The notes under the pieces were generated by a model, which ran no database searches, had not been told where the DNA came from, and saw only the letters and a list, made by a program, of their open reading frames with translations. Made by a program: the position numbers and the translations under genes. From Octopus sinensis (lineage: Eukaryota): a DNA stretch of 64,000 nucleotides. The stretch is taken from assembly GCF_006345805.1 (NCBI RefSeq), contig NC_042999.1:98952001-99016000 (forward strand), written 5' to 3'. Below are positions 26,999 to 40,300 of the stretch, one piece after another (the first letter of the stretch is position 1; each line of letters begins with the position of its first letter).

Positions 26999-27218
26999 CC
27001 CTCTAGTATTTAAACCGGCCATATCTGGTCAAAATAATCAACCTGTTTTATCTTCAAACTAGCCAGATCCAACCTCTCACACTTACCCTACAATATTATT
27101 CTAAAAATAAGCAATCACATGATTGACATCTTGAAGCTACAAGATAAAGCATGATTAATTCAAAACAATGTGAATAAATAAGCATTACATTCAACAGAGA
27201 GAGCTGAATGCTAAAGGG
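26999..27218. mobile_element. piggyBac-like MITE
   Basis: TTAA-CCCTCTAGTATT ... AATGCTAAAGGG-TTTAA. Confidence 0.75.
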
Positions 27219-27895
27219 TTTAATGTGTGAATATGCAGCATTTTATACTGAAGAGTTAGCTCAAGATTGCATGTATGCAAAAGATAACTACCAAATAGTA
27301 GTGATTTGGCTCATCAAAAAGAACAGACTTTGCTCTGTCCATGTGAAAGAGGTACAAGGAAATTTGATGTAAGATTCAGTCAAAAAGTTGATGAATGATG
27401 TGGAAAATTTTGTACTAAATCTGTCAAGCTAGACTTCAAATTTTATAGCTATTGTGACTATTATGGATTGGAGAAATTAAGTAAAAGATACATATCATGA
27501 AAGGCATTGATAAAAGAAACTGTGTTATTGCATATGTACATGTATGTATGCATGCATGTGTCTATATTTGTTTGCATGCATATACATGTATAACTACATG
27601 CACACAGAAATTTCTGTTATATCCCATGTTGTGAAGAATAGAATCATTAGTTACAAGTTTCCAAAAGTCCATTTTCTCATGTGGCTATGAAGGAAGCAAC
27701 TATAATAGTGTAAATTATATTTGAACTGGAAACAGCTATGCCATTATAGGCTATAACAGAAAACAGTTGACCAAAGTACAAATGCCTCTGATATGAACCC
27801 AGAATCACATTGTTGTGAAGCATTCTTTCTAACCAGTCTTACACACACACACACAAGCATGCATGCACACACGCACACACACATGCATACACACA

Positions 27896-27938
<43 letters not shown>

Positions 27939-28049
27939 TGTGCATACAGTATTTCAAAAATCCCTTTAACATATCCAAACCATGTGATGTCATCCATTAT
28001 TTACAGTATTTACAATTGATGGATATTTGTCCTCATCTTTTTTGTTGTT

Positions 28050-28095
28050 AACACAACATTTCAGCTGATATACCCTCCAGCCTTCATCAGGTGTC
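28050..28095 (-). ncRNA. Minimal hammerhead ribozyme motif (Penelope-like LTR), slightly degenerate
   Basis: Reverse complement GACAC CTGATGA A GGCTG gagggtatat CAGCT GAAA TG TT GTGTT: the core is intact and stems I and II form, but the ACGT stem III has become ATGT. Confidence 0.7.
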
Positions 28096-28145
28096 TTGGG
28101 GAAATTTCGAACCTGGGTTCTCATTTCTAAGGTGTTTTTCGATGT

Positions 28146-28193
<48 letters not shown>

Positions 28194-28364
28194 CATAATA
28201 ATAATAATAATTATTATTATTATTCAGTTCACTGCCTGGAATCGAACTCAGAATCTTAGGGTTAGTAGCCCGCACTTTTAGCTACTACACTATATGCCCA
28301 TTGGCAGTTTGAAGATAAATAACAACACTTTAGGAATGAGAACCCAGGTTCGAAATTTCCCCAA

Positions 28365-28410
28365 GACACCTGATTAAGGCTGGAGGGTATATCGGCTGAA
28401 ACGTTGTGTT
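28365..28410 (+). ncRNA. Minimal hammerhead ribozyme motif (inverted partner copy), core mutated
   Basis: GACAC CTGATTA A GGCTG gagggtatat CGGCT GAAA CG TT GTGTT; G8 of CUGAUGA is mutated to T. Confidence 0.65.
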
Positions 28411-31400
28411 AACAACAAACAAGATGAGGACAAATATCCGTCATTTGTAAATAATGTAAATAATGTACATAATTCTTCATCTCTTAAATATAGAACTGTA
28501 TGTGATTTCATGTTTAGTCCCTCAGTCCTTTTGTACTGCACCTTGGACAGTGTCTTAATTAGAGCCCCAGTAGACTCAAACTGAGAGAAGCCAGTTGTGT
28601 ACTGTAAGCAATGAGTATCAGAACAATGATATGCATATTCTTAATATTTTCCAGCAAATTGAAACCTAAATGTACTAACTGTTGTATATCATCAGTGGAG
28701 AATACCCTTTCCTTTAAGACAAACATGTGTTCATAACATACTCAATTCATTAGGAAAAGAGGCCATTTGGGACACCAGATGTTTCAACCTTGTTGAGTCT
28801 CATCAGCTAAAGCTACCTCAGACTAATAAATCTAACAAGAGTTTTTGGCTCATTGGTCTGATTCTTGCTGTTTACCATGCACATGGCAAAATTATTATCA
28901 GCTGTCAAATATAAGCATAGACCAGCAAATGATTTGTCTGCTGAACTGATAAACAAAGCCAAAAACTCAATGTTTGACTTTTTAGTCTGGGATAGCTTTG
29001 GCTGAGGAGACAATAAGATCAAAACACCAAATGTCCCAAAGACCCCCATATGAATCAGGTATGTTGTGAATGTGCACTCATTTTACAGAAGTTGTTCCCC
29101 AACAAAATCCAACAGTAGTTAGCATATCCATGTTTGAATCTGTTGGAACATATTAAGAATGAATATGTGATTGTTTTTCAAGATTTGTTGTTCCTCTTTT
29201 AGTACCAGATAAATACCCAGTCATTCAAAATGAAAATTCTACTCTGTCAAGTAACAGTCATCTTTTGACAACACTGGGAGATAAAATGGTAGGAATAGGC
29301 AGCAGAAAGCCTGAGTAAAAGTGAGAGTCTGAGTTAAGAGTGAGAGAGTAAGCATTGTAATTATCATACCCCTGAAAGAGCAGATAACATAAATACCCGA
29401 CACTCCATTGGTTATGATGATGATGATTCCAGTTGATCTGATCAACGGAACAGCCTGCTTATGAAATTAATGTGCAAGTGGCTGAGCACTCCACAGACAT
29501 GAGTACCCTTAATGTTGTTCTCAGAGAGATTCAGTGTGACACAGAATGTGTCAAGGCTGGTCCTTTGAATTACAGGTACCACTCATTTTTGCCAGCTGAA
29601 TGGACTAGAGTAACATGGAATAAAGTGTCTTGCTCAAGGATACAATGTGCCACCAGGAATTGAACTCATGACCTTCAGATCATGAGCCAAATATCCTAAC
29701 CACTAAGCCATGTGCTAGAATATTACTCGTATGAATTTTTTCAAATGAGTGTTTGATATGTCAACAATACTGCAGAAGGAAAAAATATAACACAAAGTCT
29801 AGTTGGCTAAATATTTGATATTTTTCTGGACCAACAAATTAAAGAATCACAGAAGTGATGAGTTGAATAAGGAGCTTATATAAGGAAAATATAATGCAAA
29901 AGAAAGCTCTGTAAATATTTGTAAATTTTTTTATCTTATGCTGCATTATCATATTATGATGATGTCATTGTAATTAATAGTTAAATGATATTATTTTTAC
30001 CGATCACGTATTTATTGCAAAGAAGAAATTTGTTTTATTTATTTGAATTTTATAAACCTTATCATTTTCAAAATTAGAGATGAATTTCATTATTTGTACA
30101 GTTTCCATGAAATTTGATACAAGTAAAATTATAATTAGTAACTTTACTTGATATTACTGAGTCATATAAGCATATACCTATGTTAAAGCGTTGCCATATG
30201 ATGAGTTAACACTCAAGAAATGATATTGCTTGTTGGTTACTTGGTAATGCTAAAAATGTCACATTACAATATGTAGAATTAATGTATTATATCCAGTATC
30301 AATAAATAAACAGTATTATTTATTTAGTTTAATCTATTTTAATTTATAAATATATTTATCTTTTGAAAACTAGTTTTCTTTTCATTACTTTGAATGTTCA
30401 CAGTTTAAAATCATAATTATTGTAATCACCTCATTTTACACAAAAGTATATTCCCTTCATTACCCATCATGACAGATATATACACCATTGTTGTTGACCT
30501 GTTGTCATCCACTGTGACAGTGGTAATGGTGTCATCATTACCATCATCTCACATTTGCATCCACTTTTTCATGCTTGCAAGGGCTAGATGGAATTTGTTA
30601 AGGCAACTTTTCTATTACGAAACCCCGTCCTGTTGCCATCTCTAACTTGTTTCCAAGCAAGGTAATGTTTCACCATGATTAGACGTGCTTACTCAGAAGA
30701 CAAGAAATGAATGACACCACTTGCATGACAGTGACACTCTTTTACATTTGTTATTTATTATTATTTCTTAAAAATCATGGTAGAGGCCCTGGTCTCAGGA
30801 CCACTCATGAGGTTGGGGGTAAGCAAGGGTATGCTCCCCATAGAAAATCCAGCTCCATAAAAGCCTCATGATAGCAAAGGAGAATGGGCACCAGCCAGCC
30901 CAAAGGTTGGAGTGAGCTGCACCTGCCTATCTCAGTTGCTATGGCGTTGAGATAGATCTGGCCACCTGCCGTTAATGGGAACAATACCCAGATTTAAAAT
31001 ACTGGATGATAATGATGATGATGTGATATCAAGATAGGGAAGCACACAAACAAACACATGCACACATATGAGCTTCTTTCAGTTTCTGTTGACTAAATCC
31101 ACTTTGTCAGTGCAGGACTACAGTAAAAAAACACTTGCCCAAGGAGCCATGCAGTTGGACTCAGTACAGAAGCACATGGTTGTGAAGCAAAGTTCTTAAC
31201 CACACAGCCACAGTTACATATAAACAGTATTGAAAATTGGTTTTGTGAATTAGGTATATGATAAGGCTACATCCAGGGCTTGCACATGGGATTAGAGAGG
31301 ATCCATGAGGAATGAACAAAGTTTAATTTTGGTCTTTAAATTTAGCATTAAATATGCATGGTCATACTATATGAAGTTAATAATCATAACAGATTATAGT

Positions 31401-32697
31401 TCTGGTGAAGATGCAGGCTAAATGATTCTCTATATTATATATAAGCAACATTACAAGCAGGTTCAAAACTTCACAAATTATAATCACAAAGATCTACAAT
31501 TACTGCTCTCAATGACGAGTGGGCAGAATCATAACAATTGGTTTGCTGAGACATTGAAGTTATAACCATTTCTGAATTTAAAAATTCTGAATTTAGTGCT
31601 AAAATATTGGCACCTCTTCAAAAATACTGGTGCTATTGGACAAAAGTGTACCAAATTAATTACAAAACACTTTCATTGTCAAATACTTGCAATCTTTGAA
31701 TTCTTTCTTTATAGAACTTGTTTACCCTTTTTGAATATAAATATATGTACTGAAGTGTCAATTGTTTATGTCCACTTTATAGCAATGAATCTATTTGAAA
31801 TTAAATTGTAAAATAATCTATACAGAATTGCAAATCAATGGCTATAGAACAAATTAGTTTTATATTTCAAAAAGAAATGAGAATTATATTTTTACTTTAA
31901 GAACAACAAATCTGTAATATAAATACACAATTACAGGACATGTAATCACATTTAGTAACAACAACAACAATAATCATCATCTTTATCGTTTAACGTCCAT
32001 TTTCCATGCTGGCATGAGTTGGATAATTTGACTGAGGTTTGGAGAGCCAGCAGCTGCACCAGGCTCCAAACTGATCTGACAATGTTTTTACAGCTGGATG
32101 CCCTTCTTAATGCCAACCACTCCAAGAGTGTTGTGGGTGCTTTTTACATGCCACCAGCACAGGGGCCAGTCAGGGGGTACTAGAATCGGCCACATTTGGA
32201 TGGTGCTTTTTACGTGCCAATGCAGGAGAGCCAGTCAAGGAGTACTGGCATCATCCATACATGCCACGGGCATCGTAGCCAGTCAAGTGGACCTAGCATC
32301 GACTGTTCAGAGGGTGCTTTTTACATGCTACCAGCATGGGAGCTAATCAGGGGGCCTGGCCACAGCTATGATATTGGTTTTTACTTGACTCAACAGTTCT
32401 TCTCAAGCATATCAAATTGCCTGACACATCAGAGGTAACATAGGAAGGAGAGATGTTATTTAGCACCTGAAAAGGTTTCTGTGATTGTTTTGTAACAGGC
32501 ATCATAATAGTTGTTCTTGCTTTTAACCTGCTGTCATTCAGACATGTTAAAATTGTTAAGGTTGTTGCCTCTACTGGGGGGCGGGGTGAGGAAGCATTGT
32601 ATATGAAAGTGTTTAGGGCATTGTAAATATAAGCATTATGAGAATTTATATAAATATAAGCATTATGAGCACCTTAGTGCTCAACTGGCTTGCTGCC

Positions 32698-32748
<51 letters not shown>

Positions 32749-33532
32749 TATTCATTATGCTCACTTGTTTCATTGCACCATCTCCATTGAAATTGTCTCA
32801 AGTCATTATCAAATAATTCTTCTTATGTACCATCTGTCCACCTTCACTTTGCCATGAAATGAAAAGGACTCAGTACATTGTGTTAGTGCTGGAAGATTTA
32901 CAGGGTTGATAAAATTCTTATTTTAGTCAATATTATGATAATAACTATATGCATGTTTATAAATAAAAGAAATTATTCAGGAATGATGAAACTATTTAAG
33001 GAAGAAATGTTTTCCAATAATGAAAGCATTACATTATTTGATGTTTTAATTTCCATTATCACTGATATTTTAATTAAATTTGATTTTTATAATAATAAAA
33101 TATTGAGAAGCATAACTATCTATATTTCTCTTCATTTAATTCTGAATTTACCCATATTTTATTATGACTTATTACAGAAATATTTTGTTGAAAACTGGCA
33201 ATAGTCTTTGCCAGTAGAATTCTTAATATATAAAACTCAGAAGAAAGGGCAGCCTTGAGGAATGTAGGACATAATGCTTCATCTATTTTGTTGTTTCAGT
33301 GAAAATGAGATGATGAGGGAAATGAAACTGAAGTCGAAGGTTTAGCCTTGTTGCGATATGTGTTTCCGGTATACTGGGGATAAAATAAATGAAATCTCTA
33401 CCAGATTCTTGATAAGGCAGTAATGAGCAACACACATGGAAAGAGGATAAAATACTAAAAATAGGCAACTGATCACATTGCAGCTTTATACCCAAGTGTG
33501 TTTACAGCTCGTTAATGGTGTCCCCTATAGCT

Positions 33533-33770
33533 GCTACTCTTTTACTTGTTTACTTGTTTCAGTCATTTTGACTGTGGCCATGCTGGAGCACCGCCTTTAG
33601 TCGAGAAAATTGACCCCAGGACTTATTCTTTGTAAGCCTAGTACTTATTCTATCGGCCTCTTTTGCTGAACCGCTAAGTTACGGGGACGAAAACACACCA
33701 GCATCGGTTGTCAAGCGATGTTGTGGTGACAAACACAGACACACAAACTTATACACACACACACACACAC

Positions 33771-33828
<58 letters not shown>

Positions 33829-34025
33829 TTCGTCGGGCTTCTTTAAGTTTCTGTCTGCCAAATCCACTCACAAGGCTTTGGTCGGCCCGAGGCTATAGTA
33901 GAAGACACTTGCCCAAGGTGCAACGCAGTGGGACTGAACCTGGAACCATGTGGTTCGTAAGCAAGCTACTTACCACAGGGCCACTCCTATGCCTGCACTT
34001 ACCACACGGCCACTTCTACGCCTAC
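33533..34025 (-). mobile_element. SINE family A with duplicated 5' end, directly downstream of U6 copy
   Basis: Full reverse copy; the 5' about 28 nt is present twice (GTAGGCGTAGAAGTGGCCGTGTGGTAAGT / GCAGGCATAGGAGTGGCCCTGTGGTAAGT). Confidence 0.9.
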
Positions 34026-34026
34026 T

Positions 34027-34120
34027 AAAAATATGGAATGCTGCACGAATTTGTATCATCCTTGTGCAGGGGCCATGCTAATCTTCTCTGTATCATTCCA
34101 ATTTTAGAATATGTACTGCC
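34027..34120 (-). pseudogene. U6: U6 snRNA retrocopy
   Basis: Reverse complement GGCAGTACATATTCTAAAATTGGAATGATACAGAGAAGATTAGCATGGCCCCTGCACAAGGATGATACAAATTCGTGCAGCATTCCATATTTTT. The ACAGAGA box and ISL region are intact, with a 2-nt deletion and a terminal U-tract. Confidence 0.93.
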
Positions 34121-34124
34121 ATAG

Positions 34125-34538
34125 CTAGCTGTTGTTTACATTTGATTTTGATGATAAAAAAATATGACTTTGCTATGAAATAAGCATGTTACAAAACCAG
34201 CATTTCATATTGTAAACAGGCAAGGCCCAGACTCTTTGCAGTTGAGGAAATTATTGATGATATTTATTCTTCAGATGAAGAGTTTACACTTCACAGGCAA
34301 TGAAGGTGATTTGGACAATCAAACTGGTGTAAGTGATGAGGAAAGTAGCAATTCATTTGAACAAATACGGTAGTTGAAAGATAGGCTTATTATTGTTATT
34401 TTCCTGAACTTTTCTGTGGTTTTGTCTGTTAGTCTGCCTGCTATCATTACTCTTGAGCTGTGTATGCAACTGTTTATTTTGTAGCTCAGAAACCCAAGTG
34501 GTGGGTAAAGTCAATCATAGGGGCCCAGGTCTGAGAGG
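34125..34538. mobile_element. piggyBac-like non-autonomous element (right end)
   Basis: Ends gagagggTTAA at about 34531-34542; contains an acidic D/E/S-rich remnant; the left end is not evident. Confidence 0.5.
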
Positions 34539-34557
34539 GTTAATGTAATAGGAAGAT

Positions 34558-34748
34558 ATATTTCTTTATTGCCCACAAGGGGCTAAACATAGAGGGGACA
34601 AACAAGGACAGACGAACGGATTAAGTCAATTACATCGACTCCAGTGCATAACTGGTACTTAATTTATCGACCCCGAAAGGATGAAAGGCAAAGTCCACTT
34701 TTGCGGATTTTGAACTCGCAACGTAACGCCAGAAATACGGCTACGCAA
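34558..34748 (-). mobile_element. SINE family B, Tx1-like tail variant (5'-truncated)
   Basis: Same core and tail as 20838-21068. Confidence 0.9.
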
Positions 34749-35860
34749 GCAAGAAGGATAGTGTGAAAGAGTGAGAAACCAAAGAGTTGAAGTGAAGAAA
34801 AAAAGGGATAAATTAGTTAGTTATTAGGAAAGGTAGCCAGGTACAATATCTTAAATAATTACATATAATACATAGCTATGACAGATCAAAGTAGTAAGGT
34901 TGGTGAGAACAATACCTTAAAGAACCATATTTACAAATAAAGTGGCAGATTAAAGTGCAGTGCTTAAAGACAGGAAGGAAAGAGAATAAAAACAATGCAT
35001 CAAATAGCTTCATGTATAGAGAGAGAGTTGCCATAACAGATTTAAAGTATTGTGGGTCAGACTCAAAGCAACTGAAAGTGCAGTGGGAATATATATACAA
35101 GCACAATTATACTAACACACACACACACACACATACATACATTTATACAAGTATTGATAATTATACAGTTTCATATACACACTTATGTACATTTTCTCAC
35201 ACTTTTCACTTCAAAACCTGAAAATTAAAGAAAAAAAAAACTGGCTTGTCAGTACATGTTGACATAGTCATATTAATTGAAGTAAAAAAAATAATCAGCT
35301 TGAACTTACTGTTTAGTTTGCAGTCTGGGTGTTAGGAACAAAGTATTTTGTTTGTCAAATTAGAAAAATTCTACAGCATTAACAACATAAAAGTCTCTGA
35401 ACTAAAACAAATTATTGGTTAAGTTCCTTTATTATTGGGTAATTATTATTTGTGTTTTTCTAAATTGTCAAAGAAAGTACTTTGTTTCTAACAAGCATGC
35501 TTTGAACTAGAATGTAAGTTCAAAGAAGGAAGCTTTTTAAATATGAAAGAAAATTCTCTTAATAGCCAAAATATTTACAAGAAAAATATCTACCTTGAAC
35601 ATTTATGACAAGTTCAGTACTATATGTATATTTATACATACACACAAACACACATTGTTTATTTTTACGATGAGGTATAATAAAATCAATTTTACATTAA
35701 ACTGAAGGATTACTCAGTGCTTTTTGTAGAGTGCATATTTATCATTCTTTAACAAGAATAGTACTGATTGTGACAGTCTTGCCTTGCTAAGCCATCATCA
35801 GACTGCAGGCTTCATAGTGACTGTCAATACTATTCTTTATGTTTGTCTGTCTGTCTCTCC

Positions 35861-35932
<72 letters not shown>

Positions 35933-35937
35933 GTAAT

Positions 35938-36960
35938 ATCAAAAGAAAGCTAACTGGGAAGATAGTTTTTGTATGTGGCAAATGCTTAGGTGCTATAAAC
36001 AATTCAGTAGCAAGGGTGGATGCTCTGAAAGTGGTAGCTGCTAGAATAAGAATAACCTGGGCAAAGTCCAGAGAGCTCCTACCTCTGCTGTGCCAGAGTA
36101 AAAGGTAGACTGTATGACGCACGTGTATGAACAGCCATGCTACATGGCAGTGAAACATGAGCTGTGACTGCTGAGGTTATGTGTAAGCTTGTAAAGAATG
36201 AAGCTAGTATACTCCGCTGGATGTGTAATGTCAGTGTGCATACACGACAGAGATCAAGCACCCTGACAGAAAAGTTGGATTTAAGGAACATCAGATGTGA
36301 CGTGCAAGAGAAACAACTGTGCTGGTATGGTCATGTGTTGCGAATGAATGAGGACAGCTGTGTGAAAATGTGTCCCATCCTAGCAGTTGAGGGAACCTGT
36401 GGAAGAGGTAGACCTAGGAAGAGATGGTGAAGCACGACCTTCGAACATTGGGCCTTACCGAGGCAATGACTAGTGACTGAGACCTTTTGAGATATGCTGT
36501 GCTTGAGAAAACCTGACAAGCCAAGTGAGACCATAACCTCATGGCCTATGCCAGTGGGTGTAACCAGCCCAATTATGAATTCCCCTCATTCATTGGACAG
36601 TAACTTTGCTTGTTAAGACCTGTTGAGGCAAGTGAAATCTAAATCAAAATCGCTGATGTGGCCGATGACAGTGTTGCCTGATTGGCACTTGTGCCAGTAG
36701 AATGTTAAAACACCATCTGAGTGTGATTGTTGTCAGGGCTGCTGGTTGGCTCTCATGCCGGTGGCATGTAAAAGCACCATTCAAGCGTAATCATTGCCAG
36801 CATCTCCTTATTGGTACATGTGCTGGTGGCATGGGAAAAAAACAACATTTGAGCGTGGTCGTTGCCAGTGCCGCTGGTCTGGGTGCTGTGCAGGCAGCAC
36901 ATAAAAAACACCTTTTAAACATGGTTGTTGCCAGAACTGCCTGACTGGTGAATTGGTGGG
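35938..36960 (+). mobile_element. RTE LINE 3' fragment (same family as 37.3-41.4 kb)
   Basis: RITWAKSRELLPLL, EASILRWMCNVSV, GTCGRGRPRKRW, followed by 3' UTR repeats. It lies tail-to-tail with the large copy. Confidence 0.9.
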
Positions 36961-37334
36961 TGGGTGAATGGATGGATGGATAGATGGGTCAATCGATCGA
37001 TCATTTTGGATTTGTAATTCAGTACATGTGCAGCTGCTTCTGGATTATTATTGGAAGAAATAACCATGATTCTATATGTTTGGGGTTGTGTATGTCTTTT
37101 GTGGATACATTGCAAAACATGTTTTCTGAAGCAAATTCATAAAGGCTCCTTTCGTTATTTACTTTTGCTTGTGTGTCTTGTAGTAGAAGTAGTAATATAG
37201 TTCCCACATCCCTACTGTTAAATTGACACAACTTACAGAAAGATACCTGTTTAAATCAATTGACTTCTTCACCATACAATGGGTCACTATTTATCACAAT
37301 CATATTTATATCACTGTCATATTTTTTGTGTATC

Positions 37335-40300
37335 ATCATCATCATCATCATCATTTAGCGTCCGCTTTCCATGCTAGCATGGGTTGGACGGTTCAACTGG
37401 GGTCTGTGAAGCCAGGAGGCTGCATCAGGTCCAGTCTGATCTGGCAGTGTTTCTACGGCTGGATGCCCTTCCTAACGCCAACCACTCCATGAGTGTAGTG
37501 GGTGCTTTTTACGATCGGATGGTTCGCTTACTTGTCACCGGCACTGGTATCACAGCTGCAATTTCCATTGATGTTGATCGACTTCGATTTTGGTTCTGCT
37601 TTCTGATATCTGATTTGATTTGGTTTGATTTTGATTTTGATTTTGATTTTGAATTTGATTTCCACTTGCCTCAACGGGTCTTCACAAGTGGAGTTCTGTG
37701 TCCCAAGAAGGAAAGGTATGTATAAGTCGACTGGCTACATACCAGGTAGAGGCCACGGGTTATGGACTCACTAGTCTTGCCGGGTCTTCTCAAGCACAGC
37801 ATACTTCCATAGGTCTCAGTCTCTAGTCATTTCCTTGGTGAGACCTAAAGTTCGGAGGTCGTGCTTCACCACCTCGTCCCAGATTTTCCTGGGTCTACCT
37901 CTTCCACAGGTTCCCTCAACTGCTAGGGTGTGGCACTTTTGCACACAGCTATCTTCAGCCATTCTCGTCACATGACCATACCAGCGCAAACGTCTCTCTT
38001 GCACACCACAACTGATGCTTCTTAGGTCCAACTTTTCTCTCAAGGTACTTACACTCTGTCGATTATGAACACTGACATTACACATCCATCAGAGCATACT
38101 GGCTTCATTTCTTGCGAGCTTACACATATCCTTAGCAGTCACAGCCCATGTTTCACTACCATGTAGCATGGCTGTACGTACACATGCATCATACAGTCTG
38201 CCTTTTACTCTGAGCGAGAGGCCTTTTGTCACCAGCAGGGGTAAGAGCTCTCTAAACTTTGCCCAGGCTATTCTTACTCTAGCAGTTACACTTTCAGCAC
38301 ACCCACCCCCGCTACTGACTTGGTCACCTAGGTAGCGGAAGCTATCAACTACTTCTAGTTTTTCTCCCTGGAACGTGGTAGAAGTTGGTCTCTGCACATT
38401 TTCAGTGTTTATTGCTCCTGAGCATCTGACACAGACAAAAACTATTTTCCTAGTTAGCCTTCTTTTGACTTTGCTACACCTCTTATGTGTCCATAGCTTA
38501 CACTTGGTGTACCTTATAGAGTTTCTACCTACACTTTTTTTACAGATCGAGCAGGGCCCTCTACCTGAAGGTGTTTGTGATTGGTCTACCTTCCTACTTA
38601 TTAGGACTTTGGTTTTGGCTAGGTTGATTCTAAGGCCCTTCGATTCTAAACCTTGCTTCCACACCTGAAACTTCTCATCCAGTTTTGATAGTGACTCAGC
38701 AATTAGAGCAAGGTCATCAGCATAGAAGAGCTCCCAGGGGCATCCTGTCTTGAATTCCTCCGTTATTGCCTGGAGGACTATGATAAATAGGAGGGAACTG
38801 AGGACTGAACCTTGGTGGACCCCAACCTCTACCCGGAATTCTTCACTGTACTCGTTGCCAACCCTCACCTTACTAGCAGCGTCTCTGTACATGGCTCGCA
38901 CAGCTCTCACTAACCATTCATCTATCCCTAGTTTCCTCATTGACCACCAGATAAGGGATCGGGGGACCCTGTCGAAGGCTTTCTCCATGTCAACAAAAGC
39001 CAGGTACAGGGGCTTATCTTTGGCTAGGTATTTCTCTTGCAGCTGTCTTACCAGGAATATAGCATCAGTAGTACTTTTCCCTGGCACGAACCCAAACTGC
39101 ATCTCATCTAAGCTAACTCTCTCTTTAATTAGTTGGCTTATGACCCTCTCTGTAACCTTCATCACCTGATCCAACAGCTTGATACCTCTGTAATTATTTG
39201 TATCTAGGGCATCACCTTTACCTTTGTATCAGTTGACTATTATGCTGCTACACCACTCATTGGGTATGACTCCTTCGTGTATCACCTGATTAACTATACG
39301 GGTGACTAGGCTATAGCCGACACTACCAGATATTTTGAGCATCTCTGCAGTAATTCCTGATGGGCCTGGGACTTTCCCTGTTTTCATGCTTGTAATTGCC
39401 TTAACTACTAAGGAACTGTCAACTCGGATTGCTGGTCCCTCTGTTGGGTCGACATTCGGCAGACTCTCTTTATCCCATTCATTTTCCTCATTCAGCAACC
39501 TTTCATAGTGGCGTCTCCAAACCTCTCTCTTTGCATCCTCATTTAGCGTAAGTGAACTGTCATCCTTGTGAACACATTTCTCTCCTACCACGTCACGATT
39601 CTCTCTCACACACTGTTTTGCAACACGAAATACCTCAAGTCTTTCATCCTCACGGCGCAGAACATTGGCAAATTTTTTCTTATCTGCTTCCCCTCTGGCT
39701 AAATACACCTACCTCCTAGCTTCCCTTCTGGCAGTCTGATACACTTCCCTGCTACCACCGTTCTTCCAGTCCTTCCAAGCCTGTTTCTTTTGTCTAATAG
39801 CCTTGTCAACAATATTGTTCCACCACCACGTTATTTTGGGTCTTGAGGGGACTTTGCACCAGCCACAGATCTGGTCAGTGGCTTTCAGCAGGTTGTCCCT
39901 TAGAAGCGTCCAGTTGTCTTCTACCCCATGTGTAGCTATACCCCCTTCTATTTCGTCAAAGGCTTCAAGTAACATGTCTCTAAATCTCTGTCCATTCGCA
40001 AGGTCTTTAAGCTTCCAGACCCTTCTCCATGTTGGTCGTCTTCTAGTCGTCCTGATCCTAAAGTCCTGATCCTAAAGTCACTAACTACCAGTCTATGTTG
40101 TGGGGTACATTCTTTGCCTGGGAAGGTTTTGGCATTTATAAGCAGCCATCTTTCCCTTTTTCTGGCAAGGATGTAGTCGATTTGGCTAGTATGCCAGCCC
40201 GATCGGTAGGTGACCAAGTGGCTTGTCAATTTCCTGAAGTTAGTGTTGCAAACCATAAGACTATTCGCATCGCGGAACTCCAGCAGCCTGGTTCCCTCCT

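Larger units (their letters stand above)
27995..28498. mobile_element. Penelope-like inverted LTR pair with a central tRNA-like head and (AAT)n/(TTA)n
   Basis: About 140-bp inverted arms at 27995-28136 and 28324-28465, each with a hammerhead motif. tRNA-like segment at 28229-28300 (-) with A-box-like and B-box (GTTCGATTC) sequences. Confidence 0.7.

Noticed and set aside
28229-28300. Possible genuine tRNA gene
   Set aside because: The acceptor and D stems are poor and it runs into an (AAT)n tail and a repeat body, so it is treated as a SINE-like head.
28778-28810. Minus-strand CTGATGA GAC..GTT GAAA CATC hammerhead-like string
   Set aside because: Stem I does not pair and stem III is broken; at best a heavily decayed relic.
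33490-33510. YPSVFT peptide resembling the preceding RGS7 exon end (IPSVF[S/T]G)
   Set aside because: No GT donor follows ACAG, and the upstream residues do not match the DEP exon.
34275-34373. AG/GT-bounded segment encoding MKSLHFTGNEGDLDNQTGVSDEESSNSFEQIR
   Set aside because: It lies inside a piggyBac-like repeat and has no similarity to RGS proteins.
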